A stretch of DNA of 63,459 bases, filler included, from Rozella allomycis CSF55 (Eukaryota): assembly GCA_000442015.1 (NCBI GenBank). It is 6 parts of 6 records of this genome, joined end to end, with 100 filler letters (N's around TTAATTAATTAA, not from the genome) between each part and the next. Parts side by side here need not be neighbours in the genome. Positions count along the whole stretch, not along the records: positions 35,965 to 53,679 come from KE560829.1; 5 more parts are not named here. One strand, 5' to 3'. The notes under the pieces were generated by a model. The model ran no database searches, was not told the DNA's origin, and saw nothing but the letters and a program-made list of their open reading frames with translations. The position numbers were made by a program, and so were the translations under genes. Shown here in pieces: positions 38,024 to 49,254 of this stretch. Positions within the stretch are counted from its first letter, which is position 1; every line of letters begins with the position of its first letter.

Positions 38024-38325
38024 TTTGAGTTTGTAACCAGGGTGCGCTCGCAAATTTGCGATCGATTTGCGACGCTCGCAAAAAAAAATTTGCGAAACCG
38101 TNTATCTTTCCAACCTTTTCCTCTTGTCATTTTGTGTTTGTTACCAGGGTGCGCTCGCAAATTTGATTTTGCAAAAATTTGCGAAATCAAATTTGGGTCG
38201 AAATTTGCGATCGATTTGCGACGCTCGCAAAAAAAATTTGCGAAACCGTTTGCGCGATTTTCGAAACACGTCCATTGGTCTATTCAATTGTTTAGGACGT
38301 TAGGAATAANATTTCGGAGTATTTA

Positions 38326-41300
38326 GCACCAGCGTCTGATCTCGTCCCAGATTGGCGCTGTCTCTTTTTTGAATTTTCGGAAATATGAAGTTAACTTGAA
38401 TAAGACAACTTTAGTTAATATGGCCTGAATTTACCTACAATCATCAATTCGTTAATTCTCTTTAATTCTTGTAAATTAGTTTGTTTTCCTCGTCACTTTG
38501 TTAAAACAGTTGAGTCTTGATTTCCTTTAATACTAGCGGTTGCAACAAAATAAAATATAAAAATATTATAACATAAACTGCTCATTTTGTATTAAATTCC
38601 GCTTCAAATTGGCTTCTTTGGGCCTTTGCGTTACAACCTATTGATGAAAACGTTCGTTCACGCTTTACTAGAATAAGACCTGTCCGTGTAACTATATGTA
38701 GTAACATCGCCATGCGAAATTTCGTTCTTAAAGTCTAAAGTCTTTTTGCTCAAAACTCCATTGACAGTGTGTGTCATAAGTTAAGCCACGAAAACAATGT
38801 TGACCATATTTAAACAGGCAAATTGTATCTGATTCACGGGCACTATTACAATATGTAAACCGATATAACGATAACATATTTAGTGCCAATGAAGATGCGA
38901 TTTGCACTTTTTGGTCTAAAGGCACGCATTTTAAGGCTGTATAGGGCATTTTCAACGATTTTTGCTGCAGTACCATCCAAGTTTGAATAATCAAATTTAT
39001 TGTCGAGTTTCTACAAAATATTAAAATGCTGAACGCGGCAATGGTTAACTTATATTTATGCTGTTAAAGCGCACCTTACAAGTCAACGAGGTAGATGATT
39101 TATTGCGTCCTCTAAAACAATATTAACGTATATAAAGTCCATACCAAGCATGAACAATGGCAATTGCGAGCATGTTTAAGGTACAATAAAAAATATACAG
39201 ACTACAACAATAAGTAATAGCTTTGTGCGAACATAGATCACTTTACTTAATTTTGCCAGCACGGTAAGAATCTAAAAAATGATTCAGACTCTTATTTTTT
39301 AACTGCATGCTTTTCAAATCCAATTGTTCAGCTGCGTCCCCTGGGGCTAAACAATGTGCACATGCGTAGTCTTTTATAACAGAAATTAAGGCTTTGAAGC
39401 GTGAATAGGATTTTGCTTTTGCACTGGTGTCTTTCAAGACATTAACTGTATGATTAAGTTCCATAGAGTGAGGCGGGCAAATCGCATGTGCCCAAAGTAT
39501 ATAAACTCCAAATTCTTTCCAACGTTTTAATGTCTCTCAATGCGGGCAAACACAAACTATTTGTAATGGGCTTGGAAATAATGGGCTTAGAATTTATAGA
39601 AGGTTGTTTGTGCTGACTTGTGCTGTGTAAATCAGGGACTGCAATATGCGCATTAGAGTTATTGGGTGCTCCTCTGGACCTTAATTGAGCGATTTCCTCT
39701 TTTAATTCATTAACAGTGGACACCAATTCCTGCATCACAGAAGTTACATGTTGAATGCTGTTTACGTTTTGATCAAGCGCAACTACCAACGCCGGCATTG
39801 AAAGCTACGTAAATACATCATAAATCGTCTTACATTAGTTTCAAACTCATTGTGTTCCTTCACCGTTTGATCTACGTGCGGTATTTGGAGAAGGGCGGGT
39901 TCAAATAGCAAGTACTCCGGTGTTTTAAACACTTCATGAGTAAATACAAAATGGGTCGCGAAAGTCTTTTTTAGAATTGGCGCATCTTGAATAATAACGG
40001 TGCAAGATACGTCAATAAGTTTAAAAAATTTTGAGTTGTTGCCTTGTTTAGTANGACTACTACCTATTATTGTGAATTCCATAAGAACAATCCGAGAGTG
40101 CGACACAACACCGAGGACTGTAGAGCTCGCCAGAGCAGAACAGGAAACAACTCGGGGCGGTCGGAGGAAAAGAAAGAGGCAAGAAAGGTCTTCATCAAGA
40201 AACTCTGCGATAAGTGTGCACAACCTTATGAGAAGGGCCACAATGAAGTGTGTGAGAAGAGAAAGAAGAACAAAGAAGCATCATCTAACGTTCATAACAG
40301 GAGAATAGATCTCCGCGAAGAATTCCCTGAAGAACTCTTGGAAGAAGACGATATTATCGTACCAGGAACAATCCAATTTAACATGGTTAAAAACTTAAAC
40401 CCTGTCAAGTTTTTGTACACATCCATATCCGCAAATGGGGTTAATGCCCGAGCGGGAATAGATTCTATGAGTACACACTCTTTCATTTCTCCAGCCATGG
40501 TTCAAGAACTTTCGATTAAGGTGAATCCAGTGAAAGGGGTATTGCATTTTCGACCAATATTTCTGCAGTACCATCCACGTTTGAATAATTTAATTTACTG
40601 TCGGGTTCATACAAAATATTAAAATGCTAATAGCGGCAATGATTAACTTCTATTTATGCTGTTAAAACGCACTTTACAAGTCAACGAGGTAGATGACCTA
40701 TTGCGTCTTCCAAAATAATACTAACATAAATACTGTGCATAATAAACATCAATCAAAGCGATTCGAGCATGTTTAAGATACAAAAAACTAGTCAGACGTA
40801 AACAATTTGTAATTGATGTCTGCAAATATATATCATTTTATTTAATTTTGCCAGCACGATAGATATCTAAAACGTGATTTAGACTCTTATTTGTTAACTG
40901 CATCCGTTTCATAGTCAATTGCTCAGCTGCGTCCGCTGGGGCTAAACAATGTTTACATGCTAGTCTTTTATAACAGAAATTTAACCTTTGAAGCGTGAAT
41001 ATGATTTCGCTTTTGCACTGGTGTCTTTTAAGACACTAACTGTATGATTAAATCCATAGAGTGAATGGCGGGCAAATCGCATATGCCCAAAGTATATAAG
41101 CTCTAAATTCTTTCCAAAGTTTTAATCTCGCGCAATGCTGGCAAACAAATATTANCGTGATTTAGACTCTTATTTGTTAACTGCATCCGTTTCATAGTCA
41201 ATTGCTCAGCTGCGTCCGCTGGGGCTAAACAATGTTTACATGCTAGTCTTTTATAACAGAAATTTAACCTTTGAAGCGTGAATATGATTTCGCTTTTGCA

Positions 41301-44076
41301 CTGGTGTCTTTTAAGACACTAACTGTATGATTAAATCCATAGAGTGAATGGCGGGCAAATCGCATATGCCCAAAGTATATAAGCTCTAAATTCTTTCCAA
41401 AGTTTTAATCTCGCGCAATGCTGGCAAACAAATATTATTTGTAACAGGCTTAGAAATTATAGTAGGTTGTTCGTGTGGATTTGTGTTGTGAAAATCAGGA
41501 ACTGTAATATGCGCATTCGAATTATTAGTTGCACCGCTGGACCTTAATTGAGCGACCTCGTCCCTTTATTCGTTAACAGTGGAAACCAATTGCTGCATCA
41601 CAGACGTTACATGTTGGATACTGTTTACGTTTTGATCAAGCGAACTACCAACGCCGGCATTGAAGGCTACGTAAATACATCATTAATTGTCTTACGTTAG
41701 TTTCAAAACCATTGTGTTCCTTCACCGTTTGATCTACGTGCGGTATTTGGAGAAGCACGNTCGCGGGTTTAAATAACAAGTACTCCGGCGCTTTAAACAC
41801 TTCATGATCAAATACAAAATACGTCACTAAAGTCTTTTTTAAAATTGGAGCATCTTGAATAATAACTGTGCGAAGATACGTCAATAAGTTCAAAAAATTT
41901 TGAGTTGTTGCCTTGNTAGGGTCGCTAAAGACTTTTTGAAAATCGGAGCATCTGGAATAATAGCTGTGCGAAGATACGTCAATAAGTTCAAAAAATTTTG
42001 AGTTGTTGCCTTGTTTGGTATTTTGCCGATTTCAATTTGGTGTTTTATATTTTCGATAAAAGCGAATATTATTCGTTGAAGCTCCAAGCTAGGTTTAAGT
42101 TCAGATCGGCGAAAGTTGTAGCTACCAAGATGTGATGGAAAACCCGCCAAGGCCAAAAGGAGCTGCTTAGGTACATTGGAACTTTGATAACATCTTTTGC
42201 GTTCGTTGTCCGCTTCCCATAATCCTTGCCTATCGACCTGATCTCCGCTAACGCCNTAAAAGGGAATATCATTCGTTGAAGCGCCAGGCTAGGTGTAAGT
42301 TCAGATCAGCGCAAGTTGTAGCTACCAAGATGTGATGGAAAACCCGCCAAGGCTAACAGGAGCTCCTTGGGCACATTGGAACTTTGATAACATTTTTTGC
42401 ATTCATTGTCCGCTTCCCATAATCCTTGCCTATCGACCTGATCCCCGCTAACGCCGAGGTCTTCCGCAATACAAGCCGCACCGACACGTCGTATATGTGT
42501 CACCTTAGAGCCTTCCAAGCCAACCTAAGTAATTCGTATTAAATATAATTTTACATGATTAATACGGTCTTTCACTAACCGATTGTGTGTGTGATAGGAC
42601 AATGGGTTTTCGGGTCGTCGCTGTAAATAAGAAAGTTTCCCCCTAACAAGCCATTTTTGTCTGTCCAGTCCAGTTTTTCCTTAAGAATATCAAACCGATA
42701 AAGTAACCAAAAACCTAATGCTGCCACCGGACAGGTTAAAGGATTTCTATGTCTCGCTAGATGTGCTACTCACAGCTATGTATTCATTTTGACCCAAATC
42801 AAATCGTCCTCGTTTATTTTCCTTGCCATCACGCGACCAAACATAAACAATATCAATTTCAGTGTTGCTAGACAATCCATATGTTTACCGAATTCCGAGA
42901 TCGGCTAACAAGATCTTGCGCGTCATATCGCCTCTTCCAATAGTTTGATGACTTACAAGTTGATCTAACAANTCACAATATCAATTTCAGTGTTGCTAGG
43001 CATTCCATATGTAGCCCGAATACCCAAATCGGCTAACAAGATCTTGCGCGTCATATGGCCTCTTCCAATAAATTGATGACTTACAAGTTGATCTAACCAT
43101 TGTTTAAGACCTCGTTCAGTGTTGGCGCAAAATGCGAAACGACACATTTCAGCATGTTGCCGCAAGGAATATCCTTCCGAAACTGAAAGTTCACCTTGGC
43201 GATCATTTAAATGCCTTTATGAAGATATAGAACTGTTTGTACTTGGCGGCTTGTCTACAAACTTCCAATTTAGGATAATCCATTCTCAATCGACGTCAGT
43301 TTATACTCTTTTTATCTTACGATTTACTATCCAATTTATGAGGTTTAAGATACTATAAGCGCATGGAGCGACATTTTTTCGATTGAAGAAGAGANAGAAT
43401 ATCCTTCAGAAACTGAAAGTCCACCTTGGCGATCATTTAAATGCCTTTATGAAGATATAAAACTGTTAGTACTTGGCGGCTTGTCTACAAACTTCCAATT
43501 TCGCATTGTCTACGGCTTGGGAAATTAATTCACGTTCTGATTGCGAAATCGCAGTACATTTCCCTTCTGCCGCATGCAATTTGTTTAAATCCACCACCGC
43601 TTGAGTGTAGCTTTTGATAGAGTTCGCAGAATAGACATCTTATATCAAAATACCCCATCCAACGTACTGCCGTTTCGGTTAGTTTGAGTTTTAAGCCAAG
43701 TAGTAAAATTAATCACATTTAATGTGTTTGCTATAGGTTGAATGTTTAACTCGTCACAAAAACGCTTTGATATTGGTGTTATAAATTTTCTTACAGAAAA
43801 GATAGCAGTTCCAGTTGCCCACGTTTTATTACTCCCTTTTGGTCTCATTTCTATCGTTTCCTTTGTAACGTGGAGGCGAGCTTCATTCATGGTTCCCAAA
43901 ACCATTCCAGAGGGGGCTACTTTTTTCAAGCAAACTATAAGTCTTTGGTTTGATTATGACAACTAAATTACGATTGTTTTTGGTTAAGAGCGCTCAGTGT
44001 GAGCGAATTGGTGGCGTTAGTCTTTTTTGGCATGACGCCGTCAAAGGTTATAAATTTCACAAATGGACGCTGGTGC
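38326..44076 (-). mobile_element. Crypton-type tyrosine-recombinase element(s) (NDC10-II plus GCR1_C); several collapsed, partly decayed copies
   Basis: GRGDMTRKILLAD, GKENKRG, ARHRNPLTCPVAALGFWLLYRFD, KVTHIRR, RQGLW, KCY, LAGF, YLRTVIIQDAPIL..HFVF.H.VF, and a GCR1_C-like RDIKTLERIWSLYTLG. Blocks repeat across the n joins. Confidence 0.82.
40055..40550 (+). mobile_element. Ty3/Gypsy-like LTR retrotransposon gag-protease fragment
   Basis: Zn-knuckle-like YYCEFHKNNPRVRHNTEDCR and LCDKCAQPYEKGHNEVC, then aspartic protease-like AGIDSMSTHSFIS. Confidence 0.72.
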
Positions 44077-44161
44077 AAGATATTAATGGATGTCTCCGCA
44101 TTAATGATTTTTTAATAAATCGTTATAAGTTCAAGTTGATACAAATAAAAGTATTTATTGG

Positions 44162-44995
44162 TCAATTTTTATTGACTGCATTTTCAATTTCTTCCGATAT
44201 CTTATTGACATCTTGTTCCTGTGATTTCAATGCTTCTTCTCTTTTAGCTTCGTCGTCTAATTTCATCAATTCCATGATTTGTGACAACTTCCAGCGATAA
44301 ATTCGATTAGAAAACAGATTGACGGTCCTTTCACATTCCTGGTTTATTTTCTGTGTTTGCTTAGCAATCCTTTCTTTGACAGGCCAAATCCAATTTCTAT
44401 AAGCCATTAAAGTATCTTCAACGCTCATGTTGTAAGTAACTGGGTTCATCACTGCATTGTATATTGACTGATCTAGCAATTCGCGGTTTATAATATTTTT
44501 AGACGATGTCACCTTCAAAAAGTTAAAGTCTTCTCTTCTTTCAATTTCTTTATTGGTAACAAATGCTGATTCTCTGGCACGTCTAAGTAACTTGAAAATT
44601 CGTTTGTAATTCAGCTTTGTTTTCTGCAGTGGAGTAATAGTTTTTGGTTCCATGACAAAAATGCCTTTAAATGAAAATAAATAGTTTTACCTGAGGGTGG
44701 CCGTGGTCTAACTTCTTTTACTAGTGATAAACGCTTTTTCTCTTCCATCAAGTCGATTTCCTCTCTCAGTTTATACCAATTTGCACGTCTTCTCTTTAAT
44801 TCTTTAATGTATAATACTCTTCTCCTATTCATAAGGTTGTAGCTCATTTTACCATTGAAAATTGGGTGCATTGCGTATGGTGTCTTGCTTCACCATTTCA
44901 TGAGCTATTTTAGGTGTTAAGGGGATGTCTGTTTCTTTAGAAATTGACCTTACAAACAACTTGTTGGGAATGAATGGTTTAAAATAGGTCCTCAT
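44162..44995 (-). CDS. Uncharacterised basic/coiled-coil protein with a mitochondrial-presequence-like N-terminus, 3 exons
   Basis: Removing two short GT-AG introns gives MRTYFKPFIPNKLFVRSIS..NFQW|RRVLYIKELKRRRANWY..PPSG|IFVMEPK..AVNKN*. Confidence 0.6.
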
Positions 44996-45099
44996 TTACC
45001 AACGCCAGGGTTCAAATTTACAACTCTCAAATGGTTAAATGACATGAAGAAAGGGTATTTAAAATTGCAATTTATTATCAAACAAAGCAAAAGTCTAGT

Positions 45100-46648
45100 C
45101 TATTTTTTTCTTGTACTTCTTTCTACAGCACACATCCAAATTCTTGTCTTGTAAATTTTGAACAATTCTCTGACAAGTTCGCGAAAGTCAATTCTTCTGT
45201 CTGCCACGAAATAAAAAGTAAGTTTCCTTCTATCCCTAAAAATTAAACAAAAATAAAATTTACCATTGATACTCAGCATCAACAACTTCCATCGGTAGCT
45301 TCTTCTGCCTGACTTTCGCCTGACAAACTGCCATGGCCTTTTGTTCATCAAGTGCTTTCGCTTGAAGTTGTGAAACGTCGTCAGCGTCAGCTAAGCGGTA
45401 TATTATTTTAGGCGAAACTGCGACGGTAGAAACATTTTCTCCATCACTACCAACATTTAAATTAGAAAGCGATTGGGATTGCTCAAGAAAGGTTTCATAA
45501 GTAATTTCTTCTACAATCTTCCCCAAGTCCTATTAAACGTAGATTATCATTCGTACCTTTCCGCGATCAGCCTCCACGATAACCAAATCGCCTGAAGAAG
45601 CAAATTTTTCTTCCGCTTCAGGAATAAAGAAAAAGTCTGTTCTTCCAGCTTTAAATTCAACTACAAAGATGGGCCCATTATTTGTTGCTGGATTAAATGG
45701 TCTAGATTTAGAATCAGAATTGGCCCTGGACCTAGCTTCTCCACTAAAATATTCATCTATAGCATCCATGTTTATTTTTTGAGTATTTCTTTCGCTCAAC
45801 GAAAGATTTTCTATTTTATCTATCGCATCATTTTGTATCCCGCCAAATAGTAATGACTCTGCCACCGAGTGACGTCTCTGAAGCTCCTCATTATCCCTAT
45901 TTTGTACCATAATCCTCGCTTACCGTTGTTTAAAATCTATCAGGCTATTCTTACGATTAGGGGAATCCATTGACGGCGTGGAATATGAAAAGCGGGGTTG
46001 CAACGTCTTTAAGCTTGGAGTACTGGCGATCGAAGGCATCGCAAAATTTTGTTCATCGTTACTAGTATTCTCACCCTCCCATACTGTCTTTAAATGAGCG
46101 CCAGGTTCTTCCCATGGATGATTGTTCACTGGAAAACTTTGCGACTTACTTCTTGATCTTTGTTTATTGTCATCTGAAACATTCGAGTTAGAGCTGGGGG
46201 TTATAGCTAGTGAGAATCTTCTGTCATATAATAAGCTTGTAGAATCAGGCCATATATTGTTGTTGGTATTCCATGTCATTCCAAGGGCTGAAACAGTTCT
46301 ATTTCTGGGATTACCGGGAGCCTTCCAATCTTTTCCTGGAGATGTTTGGGTTCTTGTTCGTGCAAATCCACTAATTGGGTTACCATTAATGTTTAATGGT
46401 CCGAAAATGGCTGTCTCTTGAGTTGGTGACGTAAACGATGATAAAGCTGGAGAATGCATATTCCAGTCTGGTAAATGACGAGAAAGCGGACTGGTCGGAA
46501 TCATACTTGTAGCAGACATGTTTACAGTATCTTCCAGAGCAAAACTTGTAACAACTTGTTTCTCTGCCAAATATTTTGTTTCATAATCTTCTGCGTTTTC
46601 TAATAGCTCACCGAGATTAGAATTCAATATGTTTTCTGTATCGTCCAT
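45100..46648 (-). CDS. PSP1 C-terminal domain protein
   Basis: [28 protein letters not shown] and [48 protein letters not shown]. Three ~27-nt introns. Confidence 0.9.
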
Positions 46649-46786
46649 ACTTTTAAAAAGATTTAACCAATACGGAACTTTGTGGCGCAGACATCCAGTT
46701 GATCAGAACTTAATTTTAAAGATGAAGATCTCCATAATCAGAATCACGAGAGAAATTTAATAAATAAACTTTCTTAATTAATAAAA

Positions 46787-47927
46787 CTATTTTAATTTAT
46801 TCAAATGCTCTTTCAAAAACAATTCCGCAGACTGGCGCAAGGCTTTGTTCGGGGATAATTGATCAGGTGTGGCATCCATCAAGCAATTTGGGCAAACAAA
46901 CTTTCTATTTTGATCTTCGACTAAAGATTTTCTTATGCACTCATCACAATAATCTGTCCCACAACAATTGATTGATACGGCGTCTCTTATTAGACTGCTA
47001 CAAAGCGGACAAGTCAATCCAGCTGGAATGGCAAGTTGTGATAACATTGAAGTTATGTCTGACATTGTAGAACCTTGTTTTAGCTGATTCAGCTTTTCCC
47101 ACTCCGACCTGCTTTCTTTTAAATAAATCGCTTACGTATTTGCTTGAACTACGACAAGACTACCATCATCAGTAACCATAACCGTTCCATTAGCTTTGTC
47201 GATTTCTGAAGCATCCACAGTCTTGAGAAAACCTCTGCAAAGAATATAAAAGGATTACTTTTAGGAATACCAGTCGTTCTTTTAACTTTTAAAAGATCAA
47301 AGCTCTTGTCAGAATTTGTAGGGCACTGATGAATGAAGTGACCTTTTTGTCCACACCGGTAACATATGTAATTTGGTGGTGGCTCTTTTGTTATAACTTT
47401 AGCTTTTCTTTGCTTATTTAATTGCATAGAAAGTGCAGAATTATCTTCAATTTGCTTATCCCACTGCAGAAAAGAACTTTCCACCATGGCTGCTATTTTA
47501 TCGTTTTCTGTTGAGTTAACACTAAAAAATACCTAAAGACATGACTTACGCTAATCCTGGTATCAAAGAGGAGTTTAAATTTTTCAGTTGCATTGATAAT
47601 GAAGACTGTTCCACCTTGCTAGCAACAACAGGTTGGATTTTTTGCTTCTTTACAGCATTTAGTGGTACTCTTCTCACTATAACCAACGAATTTTTGGCAA
47701 CAACTTGGGAATCGTCACTATATTCTTTGTTTATTTATTGTTTTTTGTTTACCCTCTTTTGATTGGGCGTCTGAAATGATCAAGTCAAAATCCATGTAAC
47801 CGCTTTTAACAAGCTTTTTCTGTTGGATAATTTCTTTCTTTAAATCATAGATCGTGATTCCAGTGCCGTCAAATGTGATTTTGTCAAATCCCTTTGCACT
47901 TTTAAACTTGTAGTGAATAGTTGACAT
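46787..47927 (-). CDS. MPE1: Mpe1/RBBP6 cleavage-polyadenylation factor (DWNN, zinc knuckle, RING)
   Basis: MSTIHYKFKSAKGFDKITFDG, PPPNYICYRCGQKGHFIHQCPTN, KRTTGIPKSFL and LTCPLC..CCGTDYCDECI..CPNC. Confidence 0.92.
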
Positions 47928-47955
47928 TCCCGAATTTCTGTATCAATTACGAAAG

Positions 47956-49218
47956 ATGAATTTATTGTCCTCGTCCAAATCGATATTGAAAGTATTATCA
48001 AAGGAAGTTCAAATTGATTCGACATACTTCAACATTCCAAAAAATATTCTGGAAAAAATACCTTGTCAATTGCATCGTAAAGAAAACCATCCCGTTAATC
48101 TCATATCGAAAAAGATACAATGTAGTTTAACAGATTATGTACATTTGAATGATATAAACCCTGTAGTGACCAAGAAAGAAAATTTTGACGACTTACTGTT
48201 TCCATATGATCATCCTGGAAAAAGCAGAAGCGATACATATTATTTTTCGGAATCTCATTTGTTAAGGACTCATACATCAGCACATCAATTGAAGCTCCTG
48301 CAGCAGTTTGATAAATTTACTTTAACAGCTGATGTTTATAGAAAAGACCAGATTGACAAAACGCATTATCCTATATTTCATCAGATGGAGGGCATAAAGA
48401 CGTTTCATAAAGATATGTTAATGGCATTGAAATATTGCAATGACGCATTTTCTGAAGAACAAATTATGACTCAGGAATGTCATTCAGTTGACGAGGTGAA
48501 GAAAGTAGTGACAGATTTAAAGTCCCAACTAACTGCTATAATTAGAAATTTATATGGCGACGTTGAAACTAGGTGGATAAACACATATTTTCCATTTACA
48601 CAACCTAGTTTTGAGTTGGAAATAAAGTTTAGAGGAGAGTGGTTGGAAGTACTGGGTTGCGGAGTTATAAGACAGGAAATTTTGAACAATGCAGGTATTG
48701 GATGTTGATTTTTGTAGTAAGGAAAGGGTCATATGATTGGATGGGCCTTTGGAATAGGGTTAGAACGATTAGCTATGTCATTGTTTGATGTTCCTGATAT
48801 AAGACTGTTTTGGTCTAAAGATCCCAGATTTATGACTCAATTCGAAAGGAATGGGTTAAAAACAAAGTACCAACCATTTTCTTCTTTTCCCGCAATTACT
48901 CGGGACATTTCATTTTTCAGTCCAAATTCATTTCCAATTCCAGAAAATGACTTGATGGATGTTGTGAGAAATCATGGCTCGGATTTAGTTGAGAGTGTTT
49001 ACAAGGTACCATAAAAAGTTCTCCATTTTAAAGTTTGACGAATTTCATCACGAAAAAATAAATCGCAAAAGTTTCGGCTACAGAATTGTATATCAAAGCA
49101 TGGAGAGGTAAAAAATACTACTTTTATGTACAGGAACTTGACGGACAAGGAAGTCAACAACATTCAAGACTCAATCAACCACGAGTTGCAAGAAAAGTTT
49201 AAGATCCAATTTAGATAA
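47956..49218 (+). CDS. MSF1: Mitochondrial phenylalanyl-tRNA synthetase (FARS2/MSF1)
   Basis: [76 protein letters not shown] and a C-terminal FDX-ACB domain (RDISF). Confidence 0.95.
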
Positions 49219-49254
49219 TAAAGCTTATTTCAAAGGTTAAATTAATTTATTGAC

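Larger units (their letters stand above)
35965..38290. mobile_element. PIF/Harbinger DNA transposon (transposase plus convergent Myb/SANT-like ORF); left end in the gap
   Basis: Two convergent ORFs, as typical of Harbingers, with clustered (t)ttgcga/tcgcaa motifs near 38045-38265. Confidence 0.85.

Noticed and set aside
38045-38270. Short repeats as a possible CRISPR array
   Set aside because: Eukaryotic context, no regular repeat-spacer periodicity and no cas genes.
40875-41435. ~280-nt near-exact tandem duplication in the Crypton region
   Set aside because: It is separated by the n at 41155 and looks like an assembly artefact, so copy number here cannot be trusted.
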